Source of the DNA: Savitreella phatthalungensis
Taxonomy: Eukaryota
Reading direction: 5' to 3'
DNA: 64,000 nucleotides
Assembly (NCBI GenBank): GCA_051599415.1
Contig: AP039691.1
Coordinates: 248,001 to 312,000, forward strand
Shown here: positions 22,880-34,149 of the stretch, one piece after another
Position numbering within the stretch: position 1 is the first letter of the stretch
Layout of the letters: each line of letters opens with the position of its first letter
Notes under the pieces: generated by a model
Seen by the model: the letters and a program-made list of their open reading frames with translations, nothing else
Told to the model about the DNA's origin: nothing
Databases searched by the model: none
Position numbers and translations under genes: made by a program

Positions 22880-24222
22880 ATGTCTGCCTCGGCAGTGGAC
22901 AACGTCTCACCCATGCGGGAATTCAAGAAGCCAGTGAGGAAGCCTACAAGGCAGATGTCCGTCTCTCGCGTCGAGCCACCGCCGCCAGGCCCAGCTTTCC
23001 GAGTTGTCTACATCGGAGCAGGCGGAATCAACTTTGGCACAGATGAAGGACCCTGGAACCACTCATTCCGTGTGGAAAAGTAAGCACACTCACTGATCCC
23101 GTTCATCTGGAGTTTGTACTGACAATAGCCAGCAAGCTAGGAACCCGTCTAGTCGTCACAGCACTCATCGATCCATTTGCAGCAAGTCGGGAACGCGTCC
23201 TCAAGATCAAGCGTGATTCCTTCGTCGAGCGTGCATACAAAGACACAAAGGAGTACGACTCTGTGGACGCCTATCTTGCTGACCTGAAGCCTGAGGATCA
23301 CCCCCACGCAGTCATCATTGGCTCCCCACCACACTTCCATGGATCTACAGAACCCGGCAAGGATGTCGAGGTCCAGCTCACCAAGGCCATTCCAGGCGTC
23401 GCGCTCTTTGTCGAGAAGCCCGTGACAATGTCGTCAGTGGACGAGTGCAAGAAGGTTGCACGAATCCTGGAGAAGCAGGGAACGATCTGCTCGGTCGGAT
23501 ATATGTTCCGCTACCTTGCTGCTGTGCAGAAGATGAAGGAACTGCTGGCAGACAAGACCGTGAGTGGTGTGGTCGCGAGGTATATCTGCTCCTACGCAAA
23601 GATCACAAAGGCCAACTGGTGGACCTTTTCGCTATCAGGTGGCGCTGTCGTCGAGCAGGCGACCCACTTTGCAGATCTCTGCCGCTTCTTTGGTGGCGAA
23701 GTCGACCTCGACTCCATCCAGGCTAACCAGGTTGAGCCTGACTCACCAGCTGGTCAGCTGTCTGTTGTACCTGTCGATGAGTCGAAGATTGCACCACACG
23801 ACCGAATCGCCCGCATGACCTCAGCCACGTGGCAATTCGAGAAGACCGGAGCGATCGGTTCTCTCACACACGGCCTTCTCCTCCAGGGTACCAAGTACGA
23901 CACGACGCTTGAGGTGTACGCTGACGGATGGCAGCTCCGTCTCGTCGACCCGTACGAGCACCCACGGCTGTACGTGCGCAGCCCTCACGGTGACGACCAC
24001 GAGCAGACCTTCACATTCCCGGAAGATGACCCGTACTTCACCGAGATTGACTGCTTCATCGATGCCATCGAGCACAAGGACCAATCCCACATCGCATCAT
24101 CCTTCTCATCCGGTGTCAAGACCTACGAGTTCACTTGGGCCATCACAAACGCCGCACGCCGTGCAAAGCAACTTAGAGACGAGCGTCGTGCTGCTCGCCA
24201 ATCCCAGGAGGCTCAACACTGA
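22880..24222 (+). CDS. NAD(P)-binding oxidoreductase, Gfo/Idh/MocA family; exons 22880-23079 and 23133-24222 (429 aa)
   Basis: Rossmann-like YIGAGGINFG, FVEKP, VGYMFRY, SGGAVVEQATHF..DL; a 53-nt intron GTAAGC..TACTGAC..CAG joins two ORF-track fragments in frame. Confidence 0.88.
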
Positions 24223-24346
24223 GTCATCCTCTCAATCAATCCGATCAACGCAGCCTTACTTAGTAGCTAGTAGACCTAGACGATGGAATTTGCATGCAAG
24301 AAGCGAAGCAAGCGTACTGTACAATTCGGAAGTTGATACGGGTGAT

Positions 24347-24836
24347 CTAGCTGAAGGTGACGAACTTGCTGTCCCTTGGCAAGCCAGTCTGTGGATCAAT
24401 ACCCTGCCACGTTGGTCAGTATACACACCTGTGAAAGCGCAAAACCAATGTCACTCACCGCTGCCTTCATTCTATCCTGAAGCAAGATCAAGCGAGCCTG
24501 ATCGAAAGTGCACCTCTTCTGCTTCATGATCTGCTGGATCTGTCTCTTTGCTGCAGCGTCAAGACCTGTGCGGGGATCGACCTGAGCGCCGGTGACCTCA
24601 TCGCGCGCCAAGTTTCCAGCTAGATCAAACTCTGCGCTACTCAACCCACCTTCCAGATCCTCCTGGAACGAGCCCCCGGGCACAGGAATGTAAGCCGCCA
24701 CGCGAGTCCGCAAACCGAGCGGCAACCTATCAAGCGGCAATCGATCGAGTGGCAGCAGTGGAATCAGTCGCGCGCGAAAATAAGCAGCCGCCGAGCACAG
24801 CAGTAGCGCAATGAATGTCAGTGTATATAGCAGCAT
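24347..24836 (-). CDS. DUF2015/UPF0357-family small membrane protein; exons 24836-24459 and 24403-24347 (144 aa)
   Basis: N-terminal TM; SFQEDLEGGLSSAEFDL, DPRTGLD, FDQARL; after a 55-nt intron GTGAGT..ACTGAC..CAG the C-terminus reads GIDPQTGLPRDSKFVTFS*. Confidence 0.85.
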
Positions 24837-25070
24837 TCCTGCTGTCGCGGTTCTTACGCTCAGGTGAAGTGGTTTTGATAAGCAAGTCACCAAAAGTGTA
24901 TCACATGTGTGAGGACGTGCGTGGTCGAGCACCTTTACGTCGGTGTGCTATGCCAATGCACAAATAAATTGTCATCACAGAAACGTTTGGGTCACTCACA
25001 CGCGCGCAGTCAGGCAGTCCCTCGAACATATCACAAGTCCCCAGAGGCAGTCCCATCGGCGAAACGGACG

Positions 25071-26405
25071 ATGTTCTGTGCGCTCTCGGGCGAGCCGCCG
25101 CAGGATCCGGTGGTGTCCCGATCGAGTGGTGCCGTGTTCGAACGTCGACTGCTGGAGGCGTATCTGCGGGACAACGATGGCCGTGACCCTGTGTCAGGGG
25201 AGGCGATCTCGAGCGATGTCGACGGTGGCGACATCATCTCCATCCGGTTGGCACCGGAATACGCCCGGCCTCGCGCACCGACGGCCGCAGCCACCAGCAT
25301 CCCAGGACTCCTTGCCGCCTTCCAGGCAGAGTGGGATGCCACAGCGCTCGAGTGCTTCGAGCTCCGCCGGCAGCTCCAACAGTGTCGGCAGGAGCTCTCT
25401 GCTGCACTCTACCAGAACGATGCGGCAACCCGAGTCATCGCACGCATCACCACAGAGCGCGACGAAGCGCGCAAAGCACTCGCCAGTGTCTCGGACGCCG
25501 TCGGTCAGCCAGCGTCCCATGAGCAACTGCACAATGGCCACACCGCAGCAGCAACAGAACCAGATGCATCACTTCCGCAGCATATCCTTCAGGCAGTCTC
25601 AACAACGCAGCAGCAGCTCTCGGCGATCCGGCGGACGCAGAAAGGTCTGCCGGAAGGGTGGACGACTTTGGATCAAATCAAGTCGTTCGTGGTAGACGAT
25701 AGGGAGAATGAGGAGGCAGTCGCAGCTCGCTCGGAGCTAGACCGGAAGGAGGCTGATCAAGAGCTCGTTGCTTTCCACCCGTCTGGCGAATTCCTTGTGA
25801 AGGGAGAGAAGCAGGCGGACACATGGAGCATATGTGAATACGCTAATGGACAACCGTCAGGTACATCCAAGATCCTCGCGACGAGAAGAGCTCCAGCGCC
25901 GCTGAACGCTATCGCCATTCACCCAGACGGTCACCTCGTCGCTCTTGGCGCCGCAGACGGAAAAGTCTACATATACTCGTTCTTTTCAGACGCGATCGAA
26001 GCGACCATCGAGCTTCCAGCACCACTTCCGCACGGCTCGAAAGGGATTGTGTCACTGTCATTCAGCGAGAACGGATTCTGGCTGGCGATTGCGCGTCATC
26101 AGGAAACGACTATCGGTATCTGGCACCTGGGCAAAGATTCTCTCGCGGCGACGCTACAAATCCCGACCGACAACGTTTCACCGCACTCCCTGCGGACCGT
26201 CTCGTTCGATCGCTCGGGGAGATACGTCGCAGCGGGCACCGATCAAACCTTTTCCATCTTCTGCTGGGACAAGCCTTCAAAGTCATGGATCACGGCTATC
26301 CACACATCAGACACGGGCGCCTCTCAACTCGCCTGGCTCCCATACGCTCGCGGTATCGCCATCCGCCATCACGAGCTCGACTACCGATTGTTCACCCTGC
26401 CATGA
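25071..26405 (+). CDS. PRP19: Pre-mRNA splicing factor Prp19 (U-box, coiled coil, WD40)
   Basis: MFCALSGEPPQDPVVSRSSGAVFERRLLE U-box; TSIPGLLAAFQAEWDA..RQELSAALYQNDAATRVIAR; FSENGFWLA. ATG at 25071. Confidence 0.93.
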   Translation: MFCALSGEPPQDPVVSRSSGAVFERRLLEAYLRDNDGRDPVSGEAISSDVDGGDIISIRLAPEYARPRAPTAAATSIPGLLAAFQAEWDATALECFELRRQLQQCRQELSAALYQNDAATRVIARITTERDEARKALASVSDAVGQPASHEQLHNGHTAAATEPDASLPQHILQAVSTTQQQLSAIRRTQKGLPEGWTTLDQIKSFVVDDRENEEAVAARSELDRKEADQELVAFHPSGEFLVKGEKQADTWSICEYANGQPSGTSKILATRRAPAPLNAIAIHPDGHLVALGAADGKVYIYSFFSDAIEATIELPAPLPHGSKGIVSLSFSENGFWLAIARHQETTIGIWHLGKDSLAATLQIPTDNVSPHSLRTVSFDRSGRYVAAGTDQTFSIFCWDKPSKSWITAIHTSDTGASQLAWLPYARGIAIRHHELDYRLFTLP

Positions 26406-26593
26406 CGAACAAAAAACATTTCCGCATTGTAGACTTGCCATCCAAACCTAAAAGCATATCATTGTTAGTCCCCCAATCGTCCTCCTAACTATTCCATGCA
26501 TACACATCCTTCTCCACACCAAAAAAAGGCATCACCTCAGAAAGCTCACTACCATACACATAAACACACCTACCTACGTCAGTCCTCCCCGCG

Positions 26594-27709
26594 ATGGCGT
26601 CAACGAGCAGCGAGCTTCCATCGCCGGCCCTGGAGCCTGGAGTTTCTGAAGCTGTGGCTGTTCCGGTGGTTTGGAGTTCACCATTTGTGCCATTTCGAAG
26701 CGGTGGCGTGTCATCGATCCTGCTGGATCTCCTGCTGATCGAGAGCGCGTCGACGTTCCAGCGCGTCATGAGCGCCAACGCCCTCAAAGCAGTATCCCAA
26801 ACAAACCCGGCCATCCTAGACGGCGTCAAACACGCCGTCGATGACGTCGGTGGCCGTGGTAACTATACGAGGACGGTGGTCGGTGAAGGCGGTGAGCGGC
26901 TGCCGGTGCTGGCGTCGACGCACCCGGTGGAGGAGGAGGTGGGGGTGGTGGGGAGGAGGAAAAGGGCGGCCTGTGCGCTCGAGACGGCGTTGGAGGCCGT
27001 CGGGTTCAGGGTAGGGGTAGGGATGGCAGAGAGGTTGGCAACACACACAACTTCCGTCCAGGCGCCACCGCTGCCCACGGTGTACTACACAACGCATGCG
27101 CAGGCGCCAGGCGTTGGGCCGACGACGGTCGCAGGAGGACTTGCTGCTGGGCTTGGGGCTCCGCCGGCGGTGGGGGTAGCAGCGGGTGATCCGGCGACGA
27201 GCTTGAATACGTTTGTGAGGAGTGATCTTGATGCTGTCAAGTTCGTGTGCAGGGAGGTGTGGCTGGCGATTTTTGGTCGGCAGATCGATAATCTCAAGAC
27301 AAATCATAAGGGCACTTTCCTCCTCCACGACAACACATATAGGTACCTCAAGCTGGCGAGTGCGCCCGCACTGAGACCGCTCCCACAGTGGCTGTCTGCT
27401 GGTGGTGGTGGTGGCGGTGGAGACGGCGAGGAAGTGGATGAGGCGGCGAGGAGGGTGGTCGAGTTGAGCAGGATGAGCAAGTGGATCCTCCAGTTCCCAA
27501 GAGGACTCGTCAGAGGCGTGCTCACGAACCTCGGGTACGAGAATGTAAAGGTCGGGGTGGAATGTCCGAATGGTCCGCCCGGAATCGCAATCCAGGTCAG
27601 GATTCCACACCCTGCCAAAGCCGCAAAGGACAAGACACAGGCAAATTCACAGCGATCAGTATCCCAGACACAGACGCAGGCTCCGACAGAGGCAGCCGCC
27701 GAGGCGTAG
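26594..27709 (+). CDS. TRS33: TRAPP complex subunit Trs33/TRAPPC6 (Bet3 family), with low-complexity insertions
   Basis: [63 protein letters not shown]. Confidence 0.85.
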   Translation: MASTSSELPSPALEPGVSEAVAVPVVWSSPFVPFRSGGVSSILLDLLLIESASTFQRVMSANALKAVSQTNPAILDGVKHAVDDVGGRGNYTRTVVGEGGERLPVLASTHPVEEEVGVVGRRKRAACALETALEAVGFRVGVGMAERLATHTTSVQAPPLPTVYYTTHAQAPGVGPTTVAGGLAAGLGAPPAVGVAAGDPATSLNTFVRSDLDAVKFVCREVWLAIFGRQIDNLKTNHKGTFLLHDNTYRYLKLASAPALRPLPQWLSAGGGGGGGDGEEVDEAARRVVELSRMSKWILQFPRGLVRGVLTNLGYENVKVGVECPNGPPGIAIQVRIPHPAKAAKDKTQANSQRSVSQTQTQAPTEAAAEA

Positions 27710-28405
27710 AAGTGGATAGTGAATGACATGACACGACATGATGTAACCACGGAGCATAGAGCTGGCAGATGTGGCAGATGTGGTACGAGAGACCAACGGG
27801 AGATCTGATATTTTGAAGTCACATTCGAAGATGACGATGATAGAGATGGGACTGGAAGAAGGCTTAGCTGTCGGATGGTTAGTAAGGATATTCGATGATT
27901 GCACGTGGACTCCAGAGCGATTGTCAGGCAGTCAGTCAGCGGGCCAGTGAAACAAGGTAGCAACTCCGGCCATCTTCCAGCCTTCCATGTCACCAACATC
28001 TTCATCATCGTTGTCATCTTCTCCTGTGAACCAGGTCTCCTTGTCGATCTGCCTGTTGCCGGTTGTTGTGGTTCTTCTCGAGTGTACAAAATCTCCGATT
28101 TGAGGACTGAAAGGTAATGGTCATTGCGTGCATGATCGATGAATCTATTAAAGCAGGCTGAATCAGAAAGTACGTCAGGAAGAGACGATTTATCTGAGAG
28201 GTAGCTGAGAGACGCAGACCTCGAGAAGAATGGATGCGTCACATGGCAGGGACAGAAAGAGGAGAATGATGATGGCGAAGTCGATGATAAGTCTGTTGGG
28301 CTTGGTGGTGATGCTCTTGGACTGTGGGCTTTCGCCTGGGATTGCTTCACTGGTCGCTGACACGCTGTACTGCTAGATCGGGATGCTGGTCGTGCGGCTA
28401 GGGGA

Positions 28406-29460
28406 TTACAACTTTGATGGGTTCTCCTTGACAAAGGCAACACCCTTGGCAATGTTCTTCTCGAGGTCTGGCAAGCAGGCGTCGATGAGCTTCTGCTCGT
28501 AGTCGGAGATCTGTAGGGATATCGGTCAGTCTGGCTGTTTGATAATTGCACGCAGGCAGATGTGAAACTTACCTTTCCGTAGGAGCGAGCCTCCTTGACA
28601 CCGTCAGGGCCGAGCTCGACGGGCACGGAGAAGTAGTCGAGGCCGTTGACCTGCTTCTTGACAACGTCACCGTTGGGGACACCGTCGAGGTGGATGAAAG
28701 TGGGCTCGACAATGCCGGTCTCACCCTTGACTGCCTTTATGATGGACTCTGCCATCTTGAAGCCAGCGTAGGCCATCGACAGGGTGGCGGAACCTGCACC
28801 GTCCTTGGCCTTGACGACCTCGTCACCACCGAACTGGATGCGGTTGACGAGCTGGTCGAGCTGCTCACCCTTGATCGAGTCAGCGGAAGGCTGCGACTGG
28901 GAGAGGAGCGGGACGATAGTCACACCGGAGTGACCACCGACAACTGGGACGTTGAAGTCTGCAGCCTTTCCGCCGGTGAGCTCGGCGGTGAAGGTCTTTG
29001 CGCGAACGACGTCGAGGGTAGTCACACCGAAGAGCTTCTTCGGATTGAAGATGTTGTGCTTCTTGAGGACCTCTGCAACGATGGGCACAGTCGAGTTGAC
29101 TGGGTTGGAAATGATGAGGAGGAATGCATTGGGGCAGTGCTTTGCGCAACCCTCTGCAAGAGCCTGGACGATCGATGCGTTCTTGTTGAAGAGGTCGTCA
29201 CGGGTCATGCCTGGCTTGCGGGGAATACCTGCTGGGATGACGACGATGTCTGCACCCTCGAGACATGCCTTGAGACCGTCGTTTGCAGGGAGGTGTCCGG
29301 TGACCTTGGCAGGTGTGGAGATGTGGGAAAGGTCAGCTGCGACTCCCGGTGCAGCGACAATATCGTAGAGGGAGAGCTCCGTGACAAGTGGGGAGTTCTT
29401 GAGAAGGAGGGAAGTAGGCTGGCCGATGCCACCAGCAGCTCCGAGAACAACAGCCTTCAT
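28406..29460 (-). CDS. MDH: NAD-dependent malate dehydrogenase, no presequence, C-terminal PTS1 (SKL); exons 29460-28573 and 28510-28406 (330 aa)
   Basis: [55 protein letters not shown]; 62-nt intron GTAAGT..ACTGAC..CAG; exon 2 reads [34 protein letters not shown]. Confidence 0.95.
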
Positions 29461-30513
29461 GTTTGAATGGGAGTTTGAGTTAGGGATAAGGTAGAGAGTT
29501 GAGAGTGTACAGGTAGACGAAGGTGTCTAATGATAAAGGTGAAGGTGCAGGTGGTGAGAGAAGTGAACGCAGACGGATGGAGGCGTTAGGAGAGGAGATG
29601 ATTCTGGCGGTAAGGAGAATACCGGATGAGAAGGTGACTGAGAGTGAGTGTATGAGGGTAAGAGTGAGTAAGGGTATGAGAGGATGAGAGAGTGTATGGG
29701 TGAGTGTATGGGTGAGTGTATGACTGACTGAGTGAGTGAAGGTGTCGGAGCCGGGGAATTCAGGCGGAGAGATTGATCGGCTTCTGTTTTCTCCAATCAA
29801 CTCCAATCCAGTTAAGGATCAGATCAGATCAAATTGAGATCCATCATCAACTCTTATTCTCTCATTCATTCATTCAAGCTCACTCTCAATCACTCCTATC
29901 TCTCTACTTTGGCCACTCTACCCGCCAGATGGATGCACTTTAGACCGTTGACTTGGTCCATGGTTGATCTTTCAATAATTGAATGATCAGATGGAAAATT
30001 GATTAGCTTTGTAGTTGCCCGCTTTAGGACAAATCTGATTTACCATTTGATTTTTCCATCTCGGTTGATTACGGAGGAAGCTAAATTGTCATTCACGAGA
30101 ATCATCCGGAACATCACATGCATCATCCGTTCTACTCAATCAGTCGTTCAGTAGAACTGCAGTTGGTGTATACAGTCTGGTTGATTGGATTCCACAGATG
30201 CACGAACCTGCACCTGGATTCTGAAACTGAAAATCGTCCTACCCGCCACGGAGCATATCATGTTATACAGGACCATGATCGCATTAACATCGGGTAGCAG
30301 GGTAGCACGTGCTCCGACCTTCAATGCAACTCCTTCAGCTAGGGAGACTCGGACATGAGATCCGTCCATACACTCGATTGTTATACTCTGCCAATGATTA
30401 TCACAGTCTCGTCAATCCCGCAAGCGTGCATTTACATTACAGCAGCTGTTGTCATTGTCATCAATCATTATTAAACGTATGCAGGTCTCCACGATAGACC
30501 GCACAGCCTCAGT

Positions 30514-30944
30514 CTAAGCCTTTCTAGGCTGCTGCTCCAACTCATCCTCGATCGGCGTGCCAAATAGCTTGCGTTGTTGCTCTTTCCTCCACCGTTGCGG
30601 CTGCAAGATGAATGTCAGTGGCCTTTACTTTATTTGCTGAGTCGAGACTCTCTTGAGACTGCGGGTGTAGCACATACAGCTTTGAACACGTGATCCTGTC
30701 CGTTGACGTCGTAATCCACGAAGAAGATCAGGTAGACTGTCGAGAAACCGATGGCGAACCATGAGAAAATTTGAACACCACGCGACCACTTGGACAGCTG
30801 TTTAAGGTCAGTGTCTGCGAAAAGTCTATCCGATGCAAAATTCAGTGCGGATCATGACTGTACCCTCTTGGTGTTGATAGCACGCTGATCGAATCGCCTG
30901 CCCTTGTCTGCAAGGTCATTGCGCAATATCCGCGAGCTGAACAT
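30514..30944 (-). CDS. Small single-pass membrane protein (95 aa), probably mitochondrial; exons 30944-30864, 30797-30678, 30600-30514
   Basis: Two phase-0 introns (GTACAG..CTGAC..CAG, 66 nt; GTATGT..CTGAC..CAG, 77 nt) give MFSSRILRNDLADKGRRFDQRAINTKRLSKWSRGVQIFSWFAIGFSTVYLIFFVDYDVNGQDHVFKAPQRWRKEQQRKLFGTPIEDELEQQPRKA*. Confidence 0.8.
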
Positions 30945-32218
30945 TCTGGCTTGCCAATAATTTGTTCTTCTTCGGCCTGACCGCCCTGATGGACTGTGGT
31001 GCCTTGATTGTGTAGGTCGTCCCGTGCCTATGAGGACGTATGGTTGAGCTGCCCTTGGCTGGGGTTGTAGTCAATACGCCGGCTCCTCACTTTGTTGGTG
31101 TAGAAGCATGGATGCACATGCACAACTAGAAGTTCCGCTGCAGAAGAAAGCCCGGTGATCGTGCTTGACGCCACATACGGGGTTTAGCTTTTTGTGGCAG
31201 ATGCACGAATTTTTGCACGGTTACTGGCAATGACACTGGCACTGGCACACATGCTGTTTATTCACGTTGCCGGGATTTGGTTATTCGATGCATGCAGTAT
31301 AAGGAATTTGGTAGTTTGAAGTGTGAGGAGCGTGAGAAAAGAAATAAATGCTCACTTTGCTCTGTCAAGTGAATTGTCATTTCAGTGAGACAATTCAATC
31401 AACCAATTACTGTGAGGGAGAGCGTCCTGCATTCCTACGTTCTGCCTGGACACCCTTACCCTGCCAGGGACCTCTTCGTACTCTGAGCCAGTCAGTCGGT
31501 CAGTCAGTCAGCCAGCTAGTCAGGCGGAGAGGCAGACAGGCAGGCACACCAATCCGGCACACCCAACCTCACTCCACAAGACACGGTGTTCTTTTCGGTA
31601 TAACATCTCCAGACTTCGCTAGATCTATCTTCTACACCGACTTCGTATGTGAACCTCTCTACGTCAACGCCAGCTGCCATGAGCAGGCTGCGCGTCACTG
31701 AGCTAGATCTTGAAATGCCAGTCCCAGCAGACTTGGCCACGGAAGACAGAGACATTCCATCCACTTGCGCGACAACGTTCTGGCTGTCAGGAACGGACTA
31801 CTCATTGTAGCCCTTGTTCGGCAGCACGAATTCAGTCCGCTAGAGCTACTTTCAGCTAATGCTGCGACGCAGAGGCGAGCGTCAGGCCAGGGCAACTTTC
31901 CGGCCACCCTTCTGACACCTCGTCCTCTGTCGCCGGGAGCTTGGAATCATGGTACACTGCAGTCTCTCTCGATGAGATGAGATGTGAGCTTAGACATGTC
32001 ATCACATTCATCTCGAGACTGCAATCACCACTCTCGATACCCAAGTTCTCATCAGTGACGCGCACCAGCCCAGGCGGGATATCGTCCTTGCGCTTTGCCT
32101 TTGCATCTGCGCAGCGGTCTTACTCGTCCTGGAGGCTGCCGTTGCGTGTATTCTCTTATCTGAGCGTCGCAAGCTAACACACCTAATCTAGTCCTACTTC
32201 CTTACCAAACTTTTCATC

Positions 32219-32985
32219 ATGGTCCGCCAATCCGTTCTCAACGACTGCCTTAACAACATTGTCAACGCCGAGAAGGCCGGCAAGCGTCAGGTGCTCATCC
32301 GCCCATCCTCCAAGGTCATCATCAAGTTCCTTGAGGTGATGCAGAAGAACGGTAAGTCAAACAATGCCACCTTCCGTCATGTGTGACACGAGGCGAGAAA
32401 GGATCAAGAGAAGAACAATCGTTGATCGGGGAATCCGCTTGCTGTTCAACGCTCATAACCGGACTTGATAACTCGACGCGCTCCTTTCATCACTTCTGTG
32501 GGGCAACGTCGTTTAGCGTCTCGGGATATCTATCACCAGAGTTCGCGTTCTCCGGGTCGACAGCCTTCCTCTGCTTCGGCAAGATCCATGGCTGAGAGAC
32601 TATCGAATGTTCGCGGCACAGCTCCCACATCACGTCTTCACCTCTCTTTCCTTTTTCAAGTCCCTGTCGCTGCGCATAACAGAGGACATTTGCGTCTACA
32701 AACGATCAGTGACTGACATGAGTAGGCTACATCGGCGAGTTTGAGGAAGTCGACGACCACCGCTCCAACAAGATTGTCATCCAGCTCAACGGTCGTCTGA
32801 ACAAGTGCGGTGTCATCTCCCCTCGCTTCAACGTTCGCGTGAACGAGATCGAGAAGTGGGTCACCCAGCTCCTGCCTTCCCGTCAGGTCGGATTCATCGT
32901 CCTCACTACCTCGCGCGGCATCATGTCCCACGAGGAGGCCCGTGCAAAGCACTCTGGTGGCAAGGTCCTCGGATTCTTCTACTAG
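32219..32985 (+). CDS. RPS22: 40S ribosomal protein S22 (uS8/S15a); exons 32219-32351 and 32726-32985 (130 aa)
   Basis: [81 protein letters not shown]; 374-nt intron GTAAGT..ACTGAC..TAG. Confidence 0.97.
32458..32623 (+). ncRNA. Intronic box H/ACA snoRNA, snR44-like
   Basis: Hairpin 1: lower stem CCGGAC/GTCTCGG, pocket GATAACT + TTTA, upper stem CGACG/CGTCG; H-like box ATATCTA (32526-32532). Hairpin 2: lower stem GTTCGCG/CGCGGC, pocket TCTCCG + ATCGAA, stems GGTC/GACT and CAGCC/GGCTG; ACA at 32618-32620. Both pockets are complementary to conserved 18S rRNA motifs recalled from memory. Confidence 0.75.
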
Positions 32986-33140
32986 ATCACGTCATCTCAA
33001 ACAACCACACTTCGACGACTACTCCTCGACGTTTGCAGATTAGTTTCCGCTCGCTCGAAAAAATGTATTAGACCTTTGACGACACTCATGTTCCTCCTCT
33101 CCCTGCCTTGCGCTGCCGATGTTTTCTGTCCTCCTTAGAC

Positions 33141-33827
33141 CTATACGCGACTTGATACGACGCCGCTTGTCTGCGTGTGCCCTCCGCCTCCACCGCCCAC
33201 TGTACCTGCGGACGTCGCCTGGTACGGGTTTGCTTGCGCAGACTGTGGTTGATGTATTGCTGGAGTGGTTGCTGCGTGACCAGTGGCGGCGGCCGAGTGC
33301 CCTACAGCAGTACCTCCCGTATGGGTCCCAGCTCTCTCGTCTAGGAGCTTTTCGAGAATCTGGACGTTGCGAGTATTGGCCTTGTACATAGCGTCAGCGA
33401 TGTCGCCAACGATGGGAACGAGTCCGACGAGGAAATCGACAGTGATATTGCCAAACAACTGCGCCTTGACACTCTCAGGCACACCACCATCGATCGCCAG
33501 AATCGCTCGCACGATACTCAGCGCCACAAGCAGATCAATCACGTCTCCAACAACAGGGATAAACCCAATCACCGCAGACCATCCAATCCGGCACGAGCAG
33601 CAGCAGAAACACGTGATGCTCTCGTCCATCCGGTACGCTCGCCGGCGAACCTTCTTGAAGATCTTTCGATCGTGCGAAGACCAGCCGGCATTCTCGAGCG
33701 GTTTGAACTTTCGACGAGCCTTCGACGATGGGTCAGACAGCTGGTCAGCCGAGTAGTATGGGTTCGTGCCGAACTTCAGATTCGGCGCGTTCCGCTTGAA
33801 CAGGTACTTTAGCACCGCAGACGACAT
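33141..33827 (-). CDS. DUF4112-domain membrane protein
   Basis: KVRRRAYRMD..RIGWSAVIGFIPVVGDVID..NITVDFLVGLVPIVGDIADAMYKANTRN. Confidence 0.88.
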   Translation of the reverse strand: MSSAVLKYLFKRNAPNLKFGTNPYYSADQLSDPSSKARRKFKPLENAGWSSHDRKIFKKVRRRAYRMDESITCFCCCSCRIGWSAVIGFIPVVGDVIDLLVALSIVRAILAIDGGVPESVKAQLFGNITVDFLVGLVPIVGDIADAMYKANTRNVQILEKLLDERAGTHTGGTAVGHSAAATGHAATTPAIHQPQSAQANPYQATSAGTVGGGGGGHTQTSGVVSSRV

Positions 33828-34149
33828 AGGTAGAGAGAGTGAAGGTGTGGATGGCCTTTGAGATGATGTCTGTTGTGTCGTGGGGAGGCAGGACGGCCGA
33901 TTTTGAGTAGATTAGATAGACGTCATCGAAAGCTTAAACCGGGATTTCGATTTTGAGATTTCCCGGAAATGGCAGCCCTAAATTACATTCAGCTAGAGAG
34001 AGATGATCGACGGAGAACCCGAACCGCATGTCAATGACATTAATAGCAAGCCCAGCAAATACATTAAAAGATAGCATGATACAATACTACAGCGAACTCT
34101 TACAATTTACGATCGCCGTCTGGCATATCAGCGTAGGCTTGTGCTCATG

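Noticed and set aside
27304..29460. 718-aa ORF as an MDH fusion protein
   Set aside because: Arises from reading through the 62-nt intron; the spliced model gives a normal 330-aa MDH and the extension has no recognisable domain.
28546..29466. 306-aa ORF antisense to MDH (and similar antisense ORFs over LHS1, UGA1, TRS33 and others)
   Set aside because: Shadow ORFs expected from strong codon bias and high GC; no motifs.
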